A stretch of DNA of 64,000 nucleotides from Octopus bimaculoides (GCF_001194135.2 NC_068981.1:33491237-33555236); one strand, 5' to 3'; positions 36,945 through 52,071 are shown, numbered from the stretch's first letter. Numbers and translations: made by a program. Notes: generated from the sequence alone by a model not told the origin.

Positions 36945-39900
36945 TTAGTTTAATCTATGAAATATTTTGATACAAATGTTTATATTTGACATAAATTCAT
37001 GTTTTAACTTGTAACCTGCAATAGTTACTGAGGAATTTTCTTATAGTTGAATGAAGATAAAGCAATTCTTGCAATTCATTTGTCATTGATAACGACTATA
37101 TTTAATTTTAATTGAAAACTTGGCATAATTATTTATATATTTATTTTTTTTTTTTGCCGAATGTTTTTTTCTTGTACAAAAATACTGCTATGTTTTTATT
37201 GTCTTTGAAAGATCTTAACTTTTTTTTTTTCATGTTTATGAAGTTGAATTTTTATCAACAATTTTAATTTGCTATTGGAACTAAATAGTAATTGTAATGA
37301 GGTGAGCATCAAATGAAAGGGAAATGAATAGTAATTTAAGGAACTATTCCGACACCACTTCGATACAGCGAAGATTTCCTCTACATCCTTCTGTGTAAAT
37401 ATGTTTGAGCAAAATTGTGTGTGGATCAATAACTCCGTATTGGATGATTGGTATAATCGATCCGTTTTGATAGAATGTTATGTTATACTTGTGTTTGCTG
37501 TTTATACTAGTTAGTATATTACAGTACTCCGCAACCTTTTTCCCTTGTGGAACACTTGAACTAACATAACGAAGAGTATAAGGAAAAAAATTATATTCAG
37601 GTTACACTGCAGCACGCCTGATATGGTCTCGTGCATACCGGTTGCGGAGCACTGACTACGTTAGCTTCAGGCTAAGTTTATTGTGCATTTAGCTGCAGTC
37701 GATTGATGATCATAGATAAAACTTTAGTCAAATAAAAGATTTACGCGCAACCTACATCTTGGTGGGGTCCCAGTTCGCAGGGATTTCAAAATAATTAACG
37801 CTTGTTTACATTTTTTGTGATGCTTTCTGGAGTAATTAAATTCATGTCACAGCTGATCTAATTTTTAATTCTACACGGGATTTTAGCTTACTCCATTGTA
37901 CGACTGTTTTAACCGTTTTCAGTCGACATAGACTAGGAATTTTTCACAAGCTAACAAATCTTTTGAAAGTGCCATTGAAATTCCAGATCTTATCCACAAT
38001 GTCTGTGACAGCTGACAATAGGGATCCTCGACTTTTTCTCGACTTCGTTAAACAGTTACTTTGTTTGGTGGCCGACAAAGATCTCTTTCTCACTCGTCCC
38101 CACTCCCGAACTTCTAAAAATATTTTGGTTTTCATTTAAGAATTTACCTCCGCGGGGAAAATACATGCGCACACATATTTTGGAGATTTGGTTTGCCAAA
38201 TATGTGGTTGATTTTTTTGATTAATATAGTCTTAAAAGGGTAAGTTGATCGGAAATGACAATGCGATGTTTACAACGTGAAACTAAACACCGCCGCTTCT
38301 CATCGCTTCTTTCTAGTTATGCAGGATTGCTTTGCTCACATGTAAATATGTTCTATCATGTGTTGGCATGCAAGCCATCGAATTGCTTTCTCGGTGTTCA
38401 TTGCTGAGTATAGTACATTGGAACACCTCAGCTGCTTTTTTTGAAATACTTAATATATCATTGGAAAATTAATGTACAAATAGGTGCTCGTGGATGCGAC
38501 ATAAAGGGAGTTCTGACTACAAAAAAAAAAAGCATTCCGCCAGTTCGCTTCATGTTTGCTTTCCGAAATGAGATGTCACTTCCAGTCAATTATTTTAATG
38601 TTCAAGTCATAAGTTGCAAGTTAACATTTTTATCACATGTGTATTAACTTCCATTCACATTAATGACTTTGTGAGTGAGCTCTGAAAAAAATGGTAGTAT
38701 CATATCACTAAAAATTTATAGCTAATCGCCAGAATATAGCGATCTTTCGATGGCGGAAAATAGGTGAACCCCCATGTTCAGAAATCTGAAGTTGAATGAA
38801 TCAGACAAATAATCGTTAATAATAGGCAATGACTACAAATCACAGAGTAGAACGGTTTTGTGACTTGGAGTTCAACCAAGATTTGAAAACCTTGTTCTTT
38901 CCGTTTATGATCACAAAATAACGGAAGATTATCGTAAACAATTGGCATTAATGTTTACTCGTTATCTTTGAAAACAGGAAGCCTAAGAAATGTATGAAAG
39001 AAAAGTAGTGCTCATTTGAAACGTCTCTCTAGGCATTGCTAAGTATGCATTTTCTGATCATAAAACGAAGTAACTTGAAACCTTAACGCCATTGGTCAGT
39101 TTTATGCCTCGAGTTGTGGACTTCGGTTTCTGTTATATATATATATATATATGTATATATAATACAAACGAGATTGGGTGTGTGGTGGAACATTCTTGCA
39201 TCTGTGAGCAACTACCCCGAAAAATACAGTATTCGTAATTTTTTTTTTTTCTTTTTTAAATTGGATTTTGTGTATTAGTTTCAGACTTTTAGTAAACTGA
39301 AATATTAAACGGATTGCTATATTTTATGCATTGAACTTTACGAATATATTTGACACCAGGTAGTCCTGTAAATATAATTTAAATATTAATGTACCATGCA
39401 TGCTAAATTTAATATTTTGAGACTCTGCGTTCATTCTATATATATTATGTTGGATCGTTGGAGTCTACGAAATATTTAGTGTCGTGGCTTGGGAATTGTC
39501 GATAGGTTCGCCAATTATGTCAAGTAATGATATGGCGGCACAAGGACAAATCAAAGGACCTTTTTTGCATTAACTTCATTTCACTCCGAAAGTTTCTTTA
39601 GTCGTTACTTATGACTTTTCAGTTGGCTATGCGTGTTCACAAATTGCACAAAAAATTCAAGTTTAAAAAATAATTTAAGGATCACCACTAACAAAAGCCT
39701 TTTCATTGCAAGTCAAAATAACTAAGTTCCGTCTTCAAAATAAAATACATCTTAACCGGTCATTATCTAAATTCTGTTAATTGCTTAACAAAACGTACTG
39801 AAAACAGCAAGATCCTCCTTCTCTCAGCTACATTATTGCAGTGATGACTTACTATCAAGTCCACATACAACTGTTCCCTCCTCGTAGACTTTATTTCATA

Positions 39901-42054
39901 ACTTCTAGGAAAATGGAATTTTTTTTCTACAAATTAATCAGATTGCGATAATATCGGAATTTGTAATGAATTTTTTTTTTTTTTTTCGAGTGAAGTTTAG
40001 GAAGATTCACGAGTCGACTGTTTATGTCGGTACGCCAAAAATCCACCAGCTCACCAAGAAAAACGGTAAAGAAAAATCTTCAGCTGTTGTCAAAATTACA
40101 TCTTTCACTTGTTTCTGTCATTTGACTGCGACGATGCTAGGGCACCACCTAGAAGGGGTTAGTCGAACAAATCGATTCGAGTACTTATTTCATCTTCTTC
40201 ATTTGCCACATCGCTAAGTTACGTGGGACTTACCAGAATAATAAATACCAGTTGTCAAACCTTGGTAAGGGCATACGCATAATGAGTTTCTTTTAGTTTT
40301 CGTCTATGAAATCCGCTGAAAACTTTCGTTGCCTGCAGACCATGTTNNNNNNNNNNNNNNNNNNNNNNNNNNNNNNNNNNNNNNNNNNNNNNNNNNNNNN
40401 NNNNNNNNNNNNNNNNNNNNNNNNNNNNNNNNNNNNNNNNNNNNNNNNNNNNNNNNNNNNNNNNNNNNNNNNNNNNNNNNNNNNNNNNNNNNNNNNNNNN
40501 NNNNNNNNNNNNNNNNNNNNNNNNNNNNNNNNNNNNNNNNNNNNNNNNNNNNNNNNNNNNNNNNNNNNNNNNNNNNNNNNNNNNNNNNNNNNNNNNNNNN
40601 NNNNNNNNNNNNNNNNNNNNNNNNNNNNNNNNNNNNNNNNNNNNNNNNNNNNNNNNNNNNNNNNNNNNNNNNNNNNNNNNNNNNNNNNNNNNNNNNNNNN
40701 NNNNNNNNNNNNNNNNNNNNNNNNNNNNNNNNNNNNNNNNNNNNNNNNNNNNNNNNNNNNNNNNNNNNNNNNNNNNNNNNNNNNNNNNNNNNNNNNNNNN
40801 NNNNNNNNNNNNNNNNNNNNNNNNNNNNNNNNNNNNNNNNNNNNNNNNNNNNNNNNNNNNNNNNNNNNNNNNNNNNNNNNNNNNNNNNNNNNNNNNNCCT
40901 TTTTATACCTGCTGCTAGGCTCCAGCAGGCAGCCCCAGCAAGTTGTCACATGACACTGTCTAAACTTCCCGCTGGTAGCTCCAGCAAGTTGTCACATGAC
41001 ACTGTCTAAACTTTAACTGACAATGGAGGGCGCGAAGCCACTTCAGTGTCAGCCTGTCTCACCTAGGCATGTTATGACTTTCAAGCCATATTTGGTCTTC
41101 CCGCTTCAGCCATATACAGATGCTGGCTTTTTCACTGAAAACTTTCGTTGCCTGCACTATAACAGAAAGCACTTGCCTAATATGCTGCGCAGTGAGAGCG
41201 AACCAAAGACCGTATGATTGGGAAGTATACTGGTTTGAACTACAGCCAAGTTGGCACTAAACTCAAGAGTCGTCAATTTACAAATATTAATTGTAGCAAG
41301 TTTAATAAGGATTGCGTTAGTCTTTATTTTCCTCCTAGTATTATATTTTAAAACTAAGTTTCGGAATGTTGAAACGAATAAGGAATTCAGCTTCAGTACT
41401 TTTAAACCAGTGGCTCTCAAACTGACATTTACACACACACACTAGTGCAATTACTGAATTGTATCCGCATCGTCTTTTAATGAGCAGACAAACTTACCAA
41501 GAGGGCGACAAAACTGAAAAGTTGTATTACTTTCATTTCATTCTCTGCAAAAATATATAGCAAAATTTTGTTCAAAAGCTAGTTTTTATATAATGCTGTA
41601 ATATTGGATATGCACTATTGTAACAGTTATGATTTTTTTTTTGTATAAATTTAATCTTGAGCTAATATATGGATATCCTATGACGAACGGTTTTCTCCTG
41701 TCACTTTTATCCATGAACCACTACTCGATCAGTTGTACGGTCCGACTGTTAGTACTTTAAGGCATGGTGCACAAAAGGCAGTTGTCCGGGACCTCACAAG
41801 TCTAGGAGTCTAAGTGCTCCGTCTGGAGGCTTATGTTCTGATGGCTCTACTTGTTGCAGAGACGAAAGTGGTAAATAAGTTTTTCTACTGCTTTCATTTA
41901 TTTGCTTAAAGGTAATCTTTCTGCGTTCGCATGGCATCATGTCTTCCATTTACGGGAATTTTTTTTTTCCAGGCGTTGCCGACATTATCTTTGAACGAAG
42001 TCATACGCACAGATACCTAAATACATCACATACGCAAACAAAAACACATACATT

Positions 42055-42206
42055 CACATAGCCACTCCCGCGCCTATGTGGTAAGCAACTTGTTTACCAA
42101 CCACATGGTTCCGGGTTCGTTCCCATTGCGTGACACCTTGGACAAGTGTCTTCTATAGCCTCAGGCCGGCCAAAGCCTTGTAAACGGAAACTGAAAGAAG
42201 CCCGTC

Positions 42207-42244
<38 letters not shown>

Positions 42245-42428
42245 CTGTTTGTCCCCAGCATCGCTTGACAATCGATGATGTTTACGTCCCCGTAACTTAG
42301 CGGTTCGGCAAAAGAGACCGATAGAATAAGTACTAGGCTTCCAAAGAATAAGTCCTGGGGGTCGATTTGCTCGACTAAAAAGGCAGTGCTCCAGCATGTC
42401 CGCAGTCAAATGAATGAAACAAGAGTAT
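42055..42428 (+). mobile_element. CORE-like SINE with a micro-inverted 5' head
   Basis: The body matches 12705-13114. The first 14 nt of the head are present as their reverse complement (42061-42074). Confidence 0.8.
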
Positions 42429-45400
42429 ACCGCTGACTAGCAGAGAGACAGGAGGTAAGAGGTGTGTGAAACTTTCAAGAAACGAAGGGAAATAATGGTT
42501 AAAATATACATAAATCAAATAGATATACGAATCGTAAAAAAGATACGTTTATAAGAGAATCGTAAAAACAAATGTGAATTTAGGTGTCGTACATTGAACA
42601 CATATGACGTCATGTATGAATACCGAAAGATTGTCTTTTTAAACAAAACGATTACAAGAATATGGAGTCCTATTCTGAAAATCTGCTCTTAAAATTTTGT
42701 TGCATGAACACCTGTAAGTTTCATTTGAATCGAATACTAATACGAGTTATATACAGGCATGTAGTTCATCTGACTGTAGATTCTGGTCCTGTGGTTAGAA
42801 CACGGTCTTTTCGTCAGCTTGGAATGAATAAGTGGTCGAACCAATTTTGTATATATTTTCTTCGGGTATCGGCGAAAAGTAAATAACAGTGAGATAGAGG
42901 GCTATTCCTAAAGTTGAACAGTAAGTGTGGTAGCCAATTTAGCTACAATACAGGGTCCCGGAAACCCACGCTACGCTCCTGTTAAGAGAAATTATGAAAC
43001 AAAACTCGTAACGGACCAATACTGAACTCGTTTTAGTCTACATTCCAAGATGGAATAAAAGAAAAAGTATTGTTCAAGTACAGAGATCGATTTAAAAGTC
43101 TGATACGAAGACCTTGCTTGAGTACGGCTTTCAAGAGTTTTAATGATAACGACCCCCCAGTAATTATTTCAATCTGATACTTTGTGAAATGGCTATGATA
43201 ATCCTGTTGACGTAACAGGGCGTAAAAGTAAGCGCACAACAGGTTTGACTACGAAAATAAACCCGAAAAATCTAGAGAAAACATTTCTATTGCACGCAAT
43301 AGAATCGAACCCTAAAACTACGTGTTTCTGAAGCATTACTACAACTATGCTTCCCCGCTTTTTATAAAGTTTTTGTTGTTTCAAATATTTGGTATATTTT
43401 GTAATTTATAGCAATTTGCTTGTTTATATAAATGTAGCTGACGTATATAGTGGTTTGGCATGAACATAAGAAAAATATTTACTACTTTGTAAACGAAACC
43501 AGCAGTCTGTGCGTTGAGATGAAATTTTAGAAGTATTTCAATAGGTCCTGAATGTAGGGAAGTGGTTAAACAGTGACACTGTTTCCTCAGTTAATATCTA
43601 AAAGAAAATGATAAATGTTCGGTGTATACTTTGATAGAACCACATTCTAGACAATAAAAAAGGGTTCTATTGGAATGTTTGGCAGCTCCTCAAACTCACC
43701 GCTGTTAAGGAATTCCAAATTTAGATAAATGGACATAGGAATTAAGTTGCTTTCCCGTTTAAATTGATCAGCATTTAATTTCATTCCAGTTTTTTTCTTT
43801 TTTTTTAATTTGGCGAGTCTTTTTTAGGGAAATGAATACTTTATATATATGGAGCTGCCAAAATTTAAGGGGTGGTGGTCACGATAGACAAAACAGGCAG
43901 CAATTTTTCCCTTCCGCTCACTGACATTAGTTCCCGAACGAACAGATAGTCTCATCACTGCAGTGAATAGCAGCAGCAAACTGGCTGAATATATCTGTGT
44001 GTTCGATATCTAACGTTACAGAGAAAGGAAAGGAGAAACGACTGTCAGCAAACACTGTTGGAACATTTTTGTCTCTCAGAACTTGCGCTTAATATAGATT
44101 GAACAAAAGAATCAATTGTTTGCAGTTTTTCCTGCTTCCTTTAGGCCAACTTATATCTTGCAAAAACAATGATTGTTTTATGAAGTTTTTTTTGTTTTGT
44201 TTTTAATGCAGGGGAAGGCAGGATCTATGTATGACATTCAGTTATTAAAATCATAATGATGAATGAATAGCCTTTTCCTTTTTTAAAAAAATTATTTATA
44301 TTATCATCTTCATCGTTTAAGAAATCAATATTTTAAATAACATATCGAACGAGAAAACACGTGATAATGCTATGTTACTGACGCGTGCATGTGTTGCAAT
44401 AATCGAAATCGATCCAGTAGATAAGCTGCTAGCGGCAGAGTCGACATACCTTGTACACTTTCACCAGAACTAAACTATAGCATTGCCGAAGGCACACGTG
44501 CTGTGCCCAGTTTTGGGCAGTAAATGAGCACGTTTATACGGTACAGATCATCGTAAACACTGGGCAATATGTAACTTTCGTTAGCTTGGTTTTGGTGAAA
44601 GCCCCCCTGTTGAAGACGAAGTTTATTCGTCAGTAAAGCCCCGGCTGTTTAAGAAATACGGAACATTTACTTTTTAAGTTTACACATGTTGCGGCGACAA
44701 GTTTTGAACGTATGTCCCCCATTTTTCTTTTGTTTCTTCTCTTTATGGTTATTTATTAGTCAGAGAAAGAGTAGTGGTTTGACTATATATTTTTTTTAAT
44801 AAGGCTTCCGAGATTGAAAGTTGGGAGATAAAAAAAAAACTGTTGGATTGTTGCTGTAAGAAACAGATCAAGACATTGTATTCTTCTCGGACCTGTTCCG
44901 AAAATGGACTGAATGCACCCAACAGATTGTACTCTTAAACCGGGCTACCGATTAACTCCACGTATCGGAGCCAACAAGGAAGTTGGTACGTGGTCCCTCG
45001 ATTTGCAACAAATAGCAGCCAAATCCCAGCCACACTTTACCGAGTTAAAACCAAATTTTTTTTTAGATATAACTATTCCTGCAAATAAAATAATAGACAG
45101 CATGGTCAAAGCTTGGACAACCTTATAAACTCTGCTCATTCAGTGGCTAAACAACTTTAATCGACAACACCTCTTTCGTAAACGATCTGAACTGTTCAGT
45201 TTTTCCCTCTCATTTTTCTATCATGTGAGCTCGACTTAGCCGCGTCAGCAGTTGTTCCGGTTTTACTTTGCCTCACTAGGATTTGAGTGTGGAAAAGTCT
45301 TTGACAGTACAAAAGGGGTTTGCACCTACCTAGAAAACCCCCGAGGAAGCCTTTACGCAGTGGCATGTCCTGCTAGAAACTAGCAAAACCTTTTTCAAAT

Positions 45401-47028
45401 TATACTCTTACCGTATTAAGGAAAGAAAGATGCATTGGATAATGTAGGTATAGGTACAATGAATGAATTAAAATCGACTACATTACAACTGGTCATAGTT
45501 GTATTGTAGTCGATCAGAAATCTGCTAGATCAGGACTTACCTTAATCTAAATAACTTACGAGGAAGCATGGTTGCTCAATCTGTTAGAAATTGTTACTAA
45601 ATCTTACTCAAACCACACTCTACCGTCTTAGGCACGTTGGGTATTGAAGTCCTAGTGCAGTGTCCAGAGAAAAGGTATGTAGATCAGCTGATACAATTTG
45701 AGAATGTTAGGTGTAATTATTCATCTTATATTAATTGTTTTAATGTTAATTGATATCCAAGTTTATCAAGTTGACTTGTGAGCTTCGTTTTCCATCACAA
45801 AAAATATATTTGATTTGAATGGGCGGAAGAGAAAACTACCAAATCAAATACTGGGCAATAACAGTATTTGTTTTATACACACTCACACCGCCCTCATTCT
45901 CCCAAATTATACACCAGGGAAGTCTAGAAGAAAACAAAATGTTCCGTAAAAGGACTTCTCTTACAGAAGACCGTATTTTTATGTGTAACCTTACAGTATG
46001 ATAACTACACATCGTCCGGGCCTCTGATAGTGGAATACAGCCAGTATCGATCCCGGGGCTCGGTGATCCAAAAAGAGGCTTCGTGAATTTCTAAAGTGAC
46101 AGGGAGCTTCCATTCCTTTCCGAAGGAGAGAGGCGATAGGTACCTCTTCCTGCTTGGCAGAATTTTTCCCGGAGACTCTACACATTGTTAGAGTTTTCTG
46201 AGAGCGACACTAAGAATCTAGTGTTTTTCCACATAGAAACGAGGGGAAAGTTCGAAAAGAAACGGGTTTTCGATATTACAAAATTTTACCCCGCAGAAAA
46301 AGTGTACCTCTAACATGTTCTAATGATGACTGTTAAGCTCGATGCAAAGTATCATAAGTTGTAGAAATGGAAAGTACCATTTATTTAAAGCTGAACAAAA
46401 AAGGGAAAAAGAAACCGTTTTGTGGATGTAGCATTGACGTATATAGTTCCTAAGTAAAGAATAAAGTTTATAAATTACATGTTAACATGCATTCGCAGGC
46501 TAGTGGAATGCACTATCAGGATTGGCTCAGCTAGCCCTGGATGTTCGGGGTGTTTTGGGGAACAGCACAGATAAAGTAATTTCTTGTGGACCTAAAATAT
46601 GCGGCTATTCCTCGAAGCTGTAATGCTGTCCGAGACCACTGGATAAAAAACGATACTGTTATATCCAGTTTAGAAACGATAGTCTTGCGACCCAAATTAT
46701 AACGATTAATGTAGTTTTGATGGAGTAATGGTAATTAGATATGATTATTTATTTAGAAAGAAAAAAAAGAAAATCCACTCTAACATTTAAAATGATGGGA
46801 AAATGAAAGAATTTTACTTCAAATACCTATAGCAGATACGAACTTTACTTGGAAATTGAACTAACTTGTTAATAACTGCTTTACTTGTCGGTCATACAGA
46901 GCATAGCATATTCTCAAACTTCGAGAAAATTCATTGATGAAGAAAAAGAAAAGGAATCTCTAAAGATTTTTAAAAATAAATTTTAGGCTTCAAATATTAA
47001 CTATATTTCGTTACAAACAACAGTTGAC

Positions 47029-47072
<44 letters not shown>

Positions 47073-48185
47073 NNNNNNNNNNNNNNNNNNNNNNNNNNNN
47101 NNNNNNNNNNNNNNNNNNNNNNNNNNNNNNNNNNNNNNNNNNNNNNNNNNNNNNNNNNNNNNNNNNNNNNNNNNNNNNNNNNNNNNNNNNNNNNNNNNNN
47201 NNNNNNNNNNNNNNNNNNNNNNNNNNNNNNNNNNNNNCTAAATTCTTTAAAGCATCACACAACTAACACACTTCAGTTGCACAATCCCCATCCTTCGTTA
47301 GATTCAATGAAATTTTAAGATTATCAAGATGGAGAATGGGACAATTTTTTTCTCAAGGAAATTCCGCTCTGTTCGAATTAGATACCTCTTGGTAGAGAGA
47401 TAATACGCACATCAAATATTAAGATCTATTTGTGCCAGTCGATTTTCATTTTTCTACATATTAAAAAAAAATCGAACTATTTCAATCTATTTTTTATAAC
47501 TTTCAAAAAAAAAAAAAAACTTAAAATATATAATCATAAGATTAGATATTTTGATTTGAAAAAACAAAGCGTAACTGGAAAATTTTATTTTCAGTAACCG
47601 GATATTTTTTGAGGAAAATGATTGGGAGGAATGTTTTAGTGACTCCTGCATGTGCGCTTTCGCATTAGTAGTTATTAATGTTGACTACCGGATCCACAAC
47701 CTCTCTTGTGTTGGACAAATAGAGTAAGTAAGCTGCTGCTATTTTCTTGAACGACCACCTTACCAGACTAGACTGGCATAATCTGTGACGTTAGCAGCGA
47801 ACAACCTTTCAGTTGCATCAAACTTAAATCATGCTGTTTTACATGCTTCTCTGACTTTTTTTTTTTTCGAAAGGAGGCTTGCTCGTGTGGATTAAGCCGA
47901 CGTTTCGTATTCCGTAATACTTGATCTGTTAGTCAAACGTAATTGTATTATGTATTTATTTATTTATTTATTCATTCAAGTTATTATATTTATTGATGTT
48001 GGTTTTAATATTGTAGTTGTTAATCATATTGAGGGTAATAATCATAAATTTTTGTTGTCTTAAATATTATATTTATAAATTTTAGACGATTGAATTAAAT
48101 ATTTAGAATCTTTTCATAATTATTTTTCTCACTTTTACCCCTCTTTCATACACACGCGCGCACGCACGCACATATACATACATTA

Positions 48186-48222
<37 letters not shown>

Positions 48223-51200
48223 GCTACATATTTTTATATCTAAAAGCAAAAAAAATTGCAGAAATCGCAAACTGAAACCGAAACTAAAAACAAAAATATA
48301 AAGATAGAGACTAAACGAAATCATCATCGAGGGAGATAAATTTTTGTGCATGACCAATTTCGAGAACCGTAAAAAAAATTTACGACAAACGTTGATCATA
48401 TATCTTTGTAGATTGTTGCAAAATAAAAATGGTAATAATAATAGAATCGGAATGAGGATCATTTCCGAAAACAACGGGCTCAGCATTGTTGATGTCTCAG
48501 CAATATTGCCTCGTTTCCAGTGTGGAATTCCCCTCCGCCAGATATAGACATTGTTCAAATGCTTGTCGAGCAACGTTGGATTTAAGAGGTCTTTTATTAA
48601 TTTAAAAAGGTCAGTTATTATCATTTACATTAGTCTCCGTCAAAATACTACAGTTTGGTGCATTTTAGAATAATATCCGCTTCGTATTTTTAAAATCTCG
48701 TCGTCGTTTTCAGTTCGGTGTAATGTCGTTCTTCCATCCTGTGTATGGTATATTAGAGAAAGCCAATTTTCATGGAAGAATGTTCTGTAATTAACTACTT
48801 GCTTCGATCGTTTAATTGTATTTACGAGTCTATTTTCTCTGTTCTTGCTTACAGTTATTTTTACGGTCGTCTTAACTATAGTACACCTGAGGTAGTGAAT
48901 GAAATGTGATGCTTTAAAATATCAAGAAATTTCTGCTCAATTATTACCTATGTTGAGTTTTCGACTTGAATGAAAAAAAAAAAGGTATATTGAAGTTAAT
49001 TATAAGTAAATTTGTTTTTTACAGTATCATTTCAATATTTATCTTTGTAAGAAGACGTTTTTTTTTTTTAATTTTTTCATATTTTTCGTATTTCATTCTT
49101 TTAATTATTTCAATCATCGTATACATCGTTTTAACCTAATTGTAAGAGGAAATAACAGCTGCCACTATTTTAAACGTGAGATTACGTAAACCGATTGTGG
49201 ATAATAGTAATATTTGACTAGTTTTATACGTCACTTTCTCATTAATGAACACCCGTTTACTCCATTGTTCTTAATTCACATTGCTAAAGGAATATTATAC
49301 AACCCACACAAAAATTCAAGGCTTCGAAACTCCATTGATTTCCGGTTGGAATCAGGGTCTATCCCTCCATTTCTTGATTGCCAGCACCCACTTCGATTCT
49401 ATTTCTTGCTGTGATTTCATCCATCTTAATGTTCTTGCTTATATTACTACATTCTGCACTGCTTATTTCAATGTAGTATTTGTGTTTTTAATAAACAAGG
49501 TTGACTTTATAGAAAATATGACACAATAGCGATGAAGTGATTGCGTAACGTGCATCAGATCAGAAATTAACATTTCGGTGCAGCAGAAGTCAGCGTGCAA
49601 TGGCTCGAAACCCCCGATTCAACAGTTTCGGCCAGGTGCTAAAGAAAAAGGCGTTATTTCATTTAATCGAAAATGTCTGCTGTGTAATTAATGAATTTCA
49701 TCGTTGTAAGACACTGCACAGTTCATATTAGAAATCGTTATAATAACGTAGAAGCTACTTAAAGATAGTAGAACAGTTTCATTAGTCACATAAATTAGAA
49801 ATGCCCTCTTTCAGTATTTCCTTGTTCGTTTCTTTATAATAATTCTGACACGGCATTATTCGTCATGCTGTAGTATATTGTCAGAGAAATGAAAGTAGTT
49901 GATTGATAAAGCGGTTTCAAAATTTTATTATCTCTATATATACGAATTGTCTTCATAATATATATATACGTGTGTATGTGTGTGTATGTATATATATATA
50001 TATTTCTGTTAGCCGTTTTGCTTTTTACATTTTAGTTAGGTTTAACTTAATATAGTACTTTATATGAAAAGTGATATTAATATCCAAAGAATTCGGTAAA
50101 GATTTTTTTTCCTTCACATTTATGCCACCTGCAATATATTAAGGTATTTGGAACATTTATTAAATAGAATAAAATAATTCCTCCCTCCACTTTAAATATT
50201 CGATTAAACTAAAATTCCCAGTAGTTAATTTGATTTTTTTTTTTTTCATTTTGAATAATTTTATTACTAGAATCATCTAAAAACTAGACCTTTTTAAATA
50301 TGGTATTTTCCAAAGGATCGTACCTCATTTTGTTCAGGTACTTCCTTCCCCAGCTGTTTTCAGTTTCTTATATGAATTAAGTTTAAATTTAAGGACTAGT
50401 TATCTTCAACTATTTTAGGCTAAAGGAATCGTTTAGATTTTTTTTTTTTTGTATTAGTTGGTTATATATTTAAAAAGCGCAAGCTTTTTTTGTCTTTATA
50501 TATTTTTTCTTGTTAAATTCTTTGCGTTTAAACACTGAGATTTTTCTATCTTGCTCGGAGATAATTATTTTTTATTTTTTTTAAATATTCTAAGAAGGAG
50601 AGGCAAGAAAGAGACAAGAAATTATATATGAACAAACATATGTGTAAGTAATACAAATTTCTAATTTATTAGCTTCTAAAATTTAGGATTAAATATTAAA
50701 GGTAATTGAAAGGGTCCCACAGGAGAGAAGAGAATTGCAAAGTTATTAAGATTCAACATTGTTGCTTAAAACACTCTCAAATGACAATTTCTGTTGTTTG
50801 CAGCTGGCTTTTAAAAGGTGGTGTTAATCTAAAATTGGGCAGCTAAACCAGGTAGCTAGACTCGTGAAATAAGATAAAAGAAAACAGTATATTATAGTGC
50901 AGAGTGTCTGTAGTTGAATTTGTTCTGATCCTTTTCACTTTTATTATTGAGAATGAATTCAGTCATTTTACTGTTTCAGTCTATAAACTACCTTCCACAT
51001 TCGTAACAGCTGTCTCAAGTAGATATGTTTACCAACATGTTCTGTTCATAGTGAAATAGTTTTGTTTCCAAAATATTTATTGGTCACAGAAAGAAGCAAC
51101 TTATTATTGAGACACTTCATAATTGGCTGCTAGCAACAAGCGATATCAAACCCTGGGCACTCACCAATTTAAATGACAATCAGGTGCGTATTTTTACTGA

Positions 51201-51659
51201 AACACCAGTTTAACAAATACTAGTCTTTGCTCAAAGCCTAAAAAAAATAATAAAATGTTGGTTAATTTATATAATTTTTCCTCATTCATTTAATTGATGT
51301 GAAGTACTGATATGGCTTTGAACCACCCACAACATTTTTTCCAATAGCAGTTTACTGTCTTATATCATTGTATTTTCATTTTTCTTTTCTTTCCCAATGA
51401 TTATTAGTTATTTTCATGGCTATTTGTAGTATGTTTCTGATAGTTTCATTACTACCACTGTTGCAATTAGGATTTGGTTAATACTTTATATTAAGTCTGG
51501 AAGATCTTACTACTTCTATATAAAATAAGATCTTTCTAACCCAAATATGCACATTTGTTAGATTACGTTCTGTACCAGGGGTGGTTACATAAATCTCTGG
51601 TTAAATGAAGTAACAATTATTTTCATCTGGCAATTTAACTTTAAAGCATTGCACTTGAA

Positions 51660-51743
51660 TAATTTAAACTGTTTCAAATATGTATATACATATGTATATA
51701 CATATATGTACATACATTATATATATATATATATACATATGTA

Positions 51744-51784
<41 letters not shown>

Positions 51785-52035
51785 GTATCTATATATATAT
51801 ACACGTATATGTATATACATATGCATATATTGTATTTTATAGTAGGTTTTTTTAAATGCTTTTATTATTTTATTGGGTATAACTTTCTATGTGTATTCCA
51901 TACAATGAGGTTATCCTAAATTGGAGATGCGGTGCTATTGGTAAAATCCCAAATTTGTAATAATACATATATATGTATATACGTATTTATATACATGTAT
52001 GTATATACATATATATATAGATATATGTATATACA

Positions 52036-52071
<36 letters not shown>

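Noticed and set aside
48103-48624. 173-aa minus-strand ORF
   Set aside because: Non-ATG start, crosses a (TA)n tract, has low-complexity F/L/I composition, and shows no recognisable domain.
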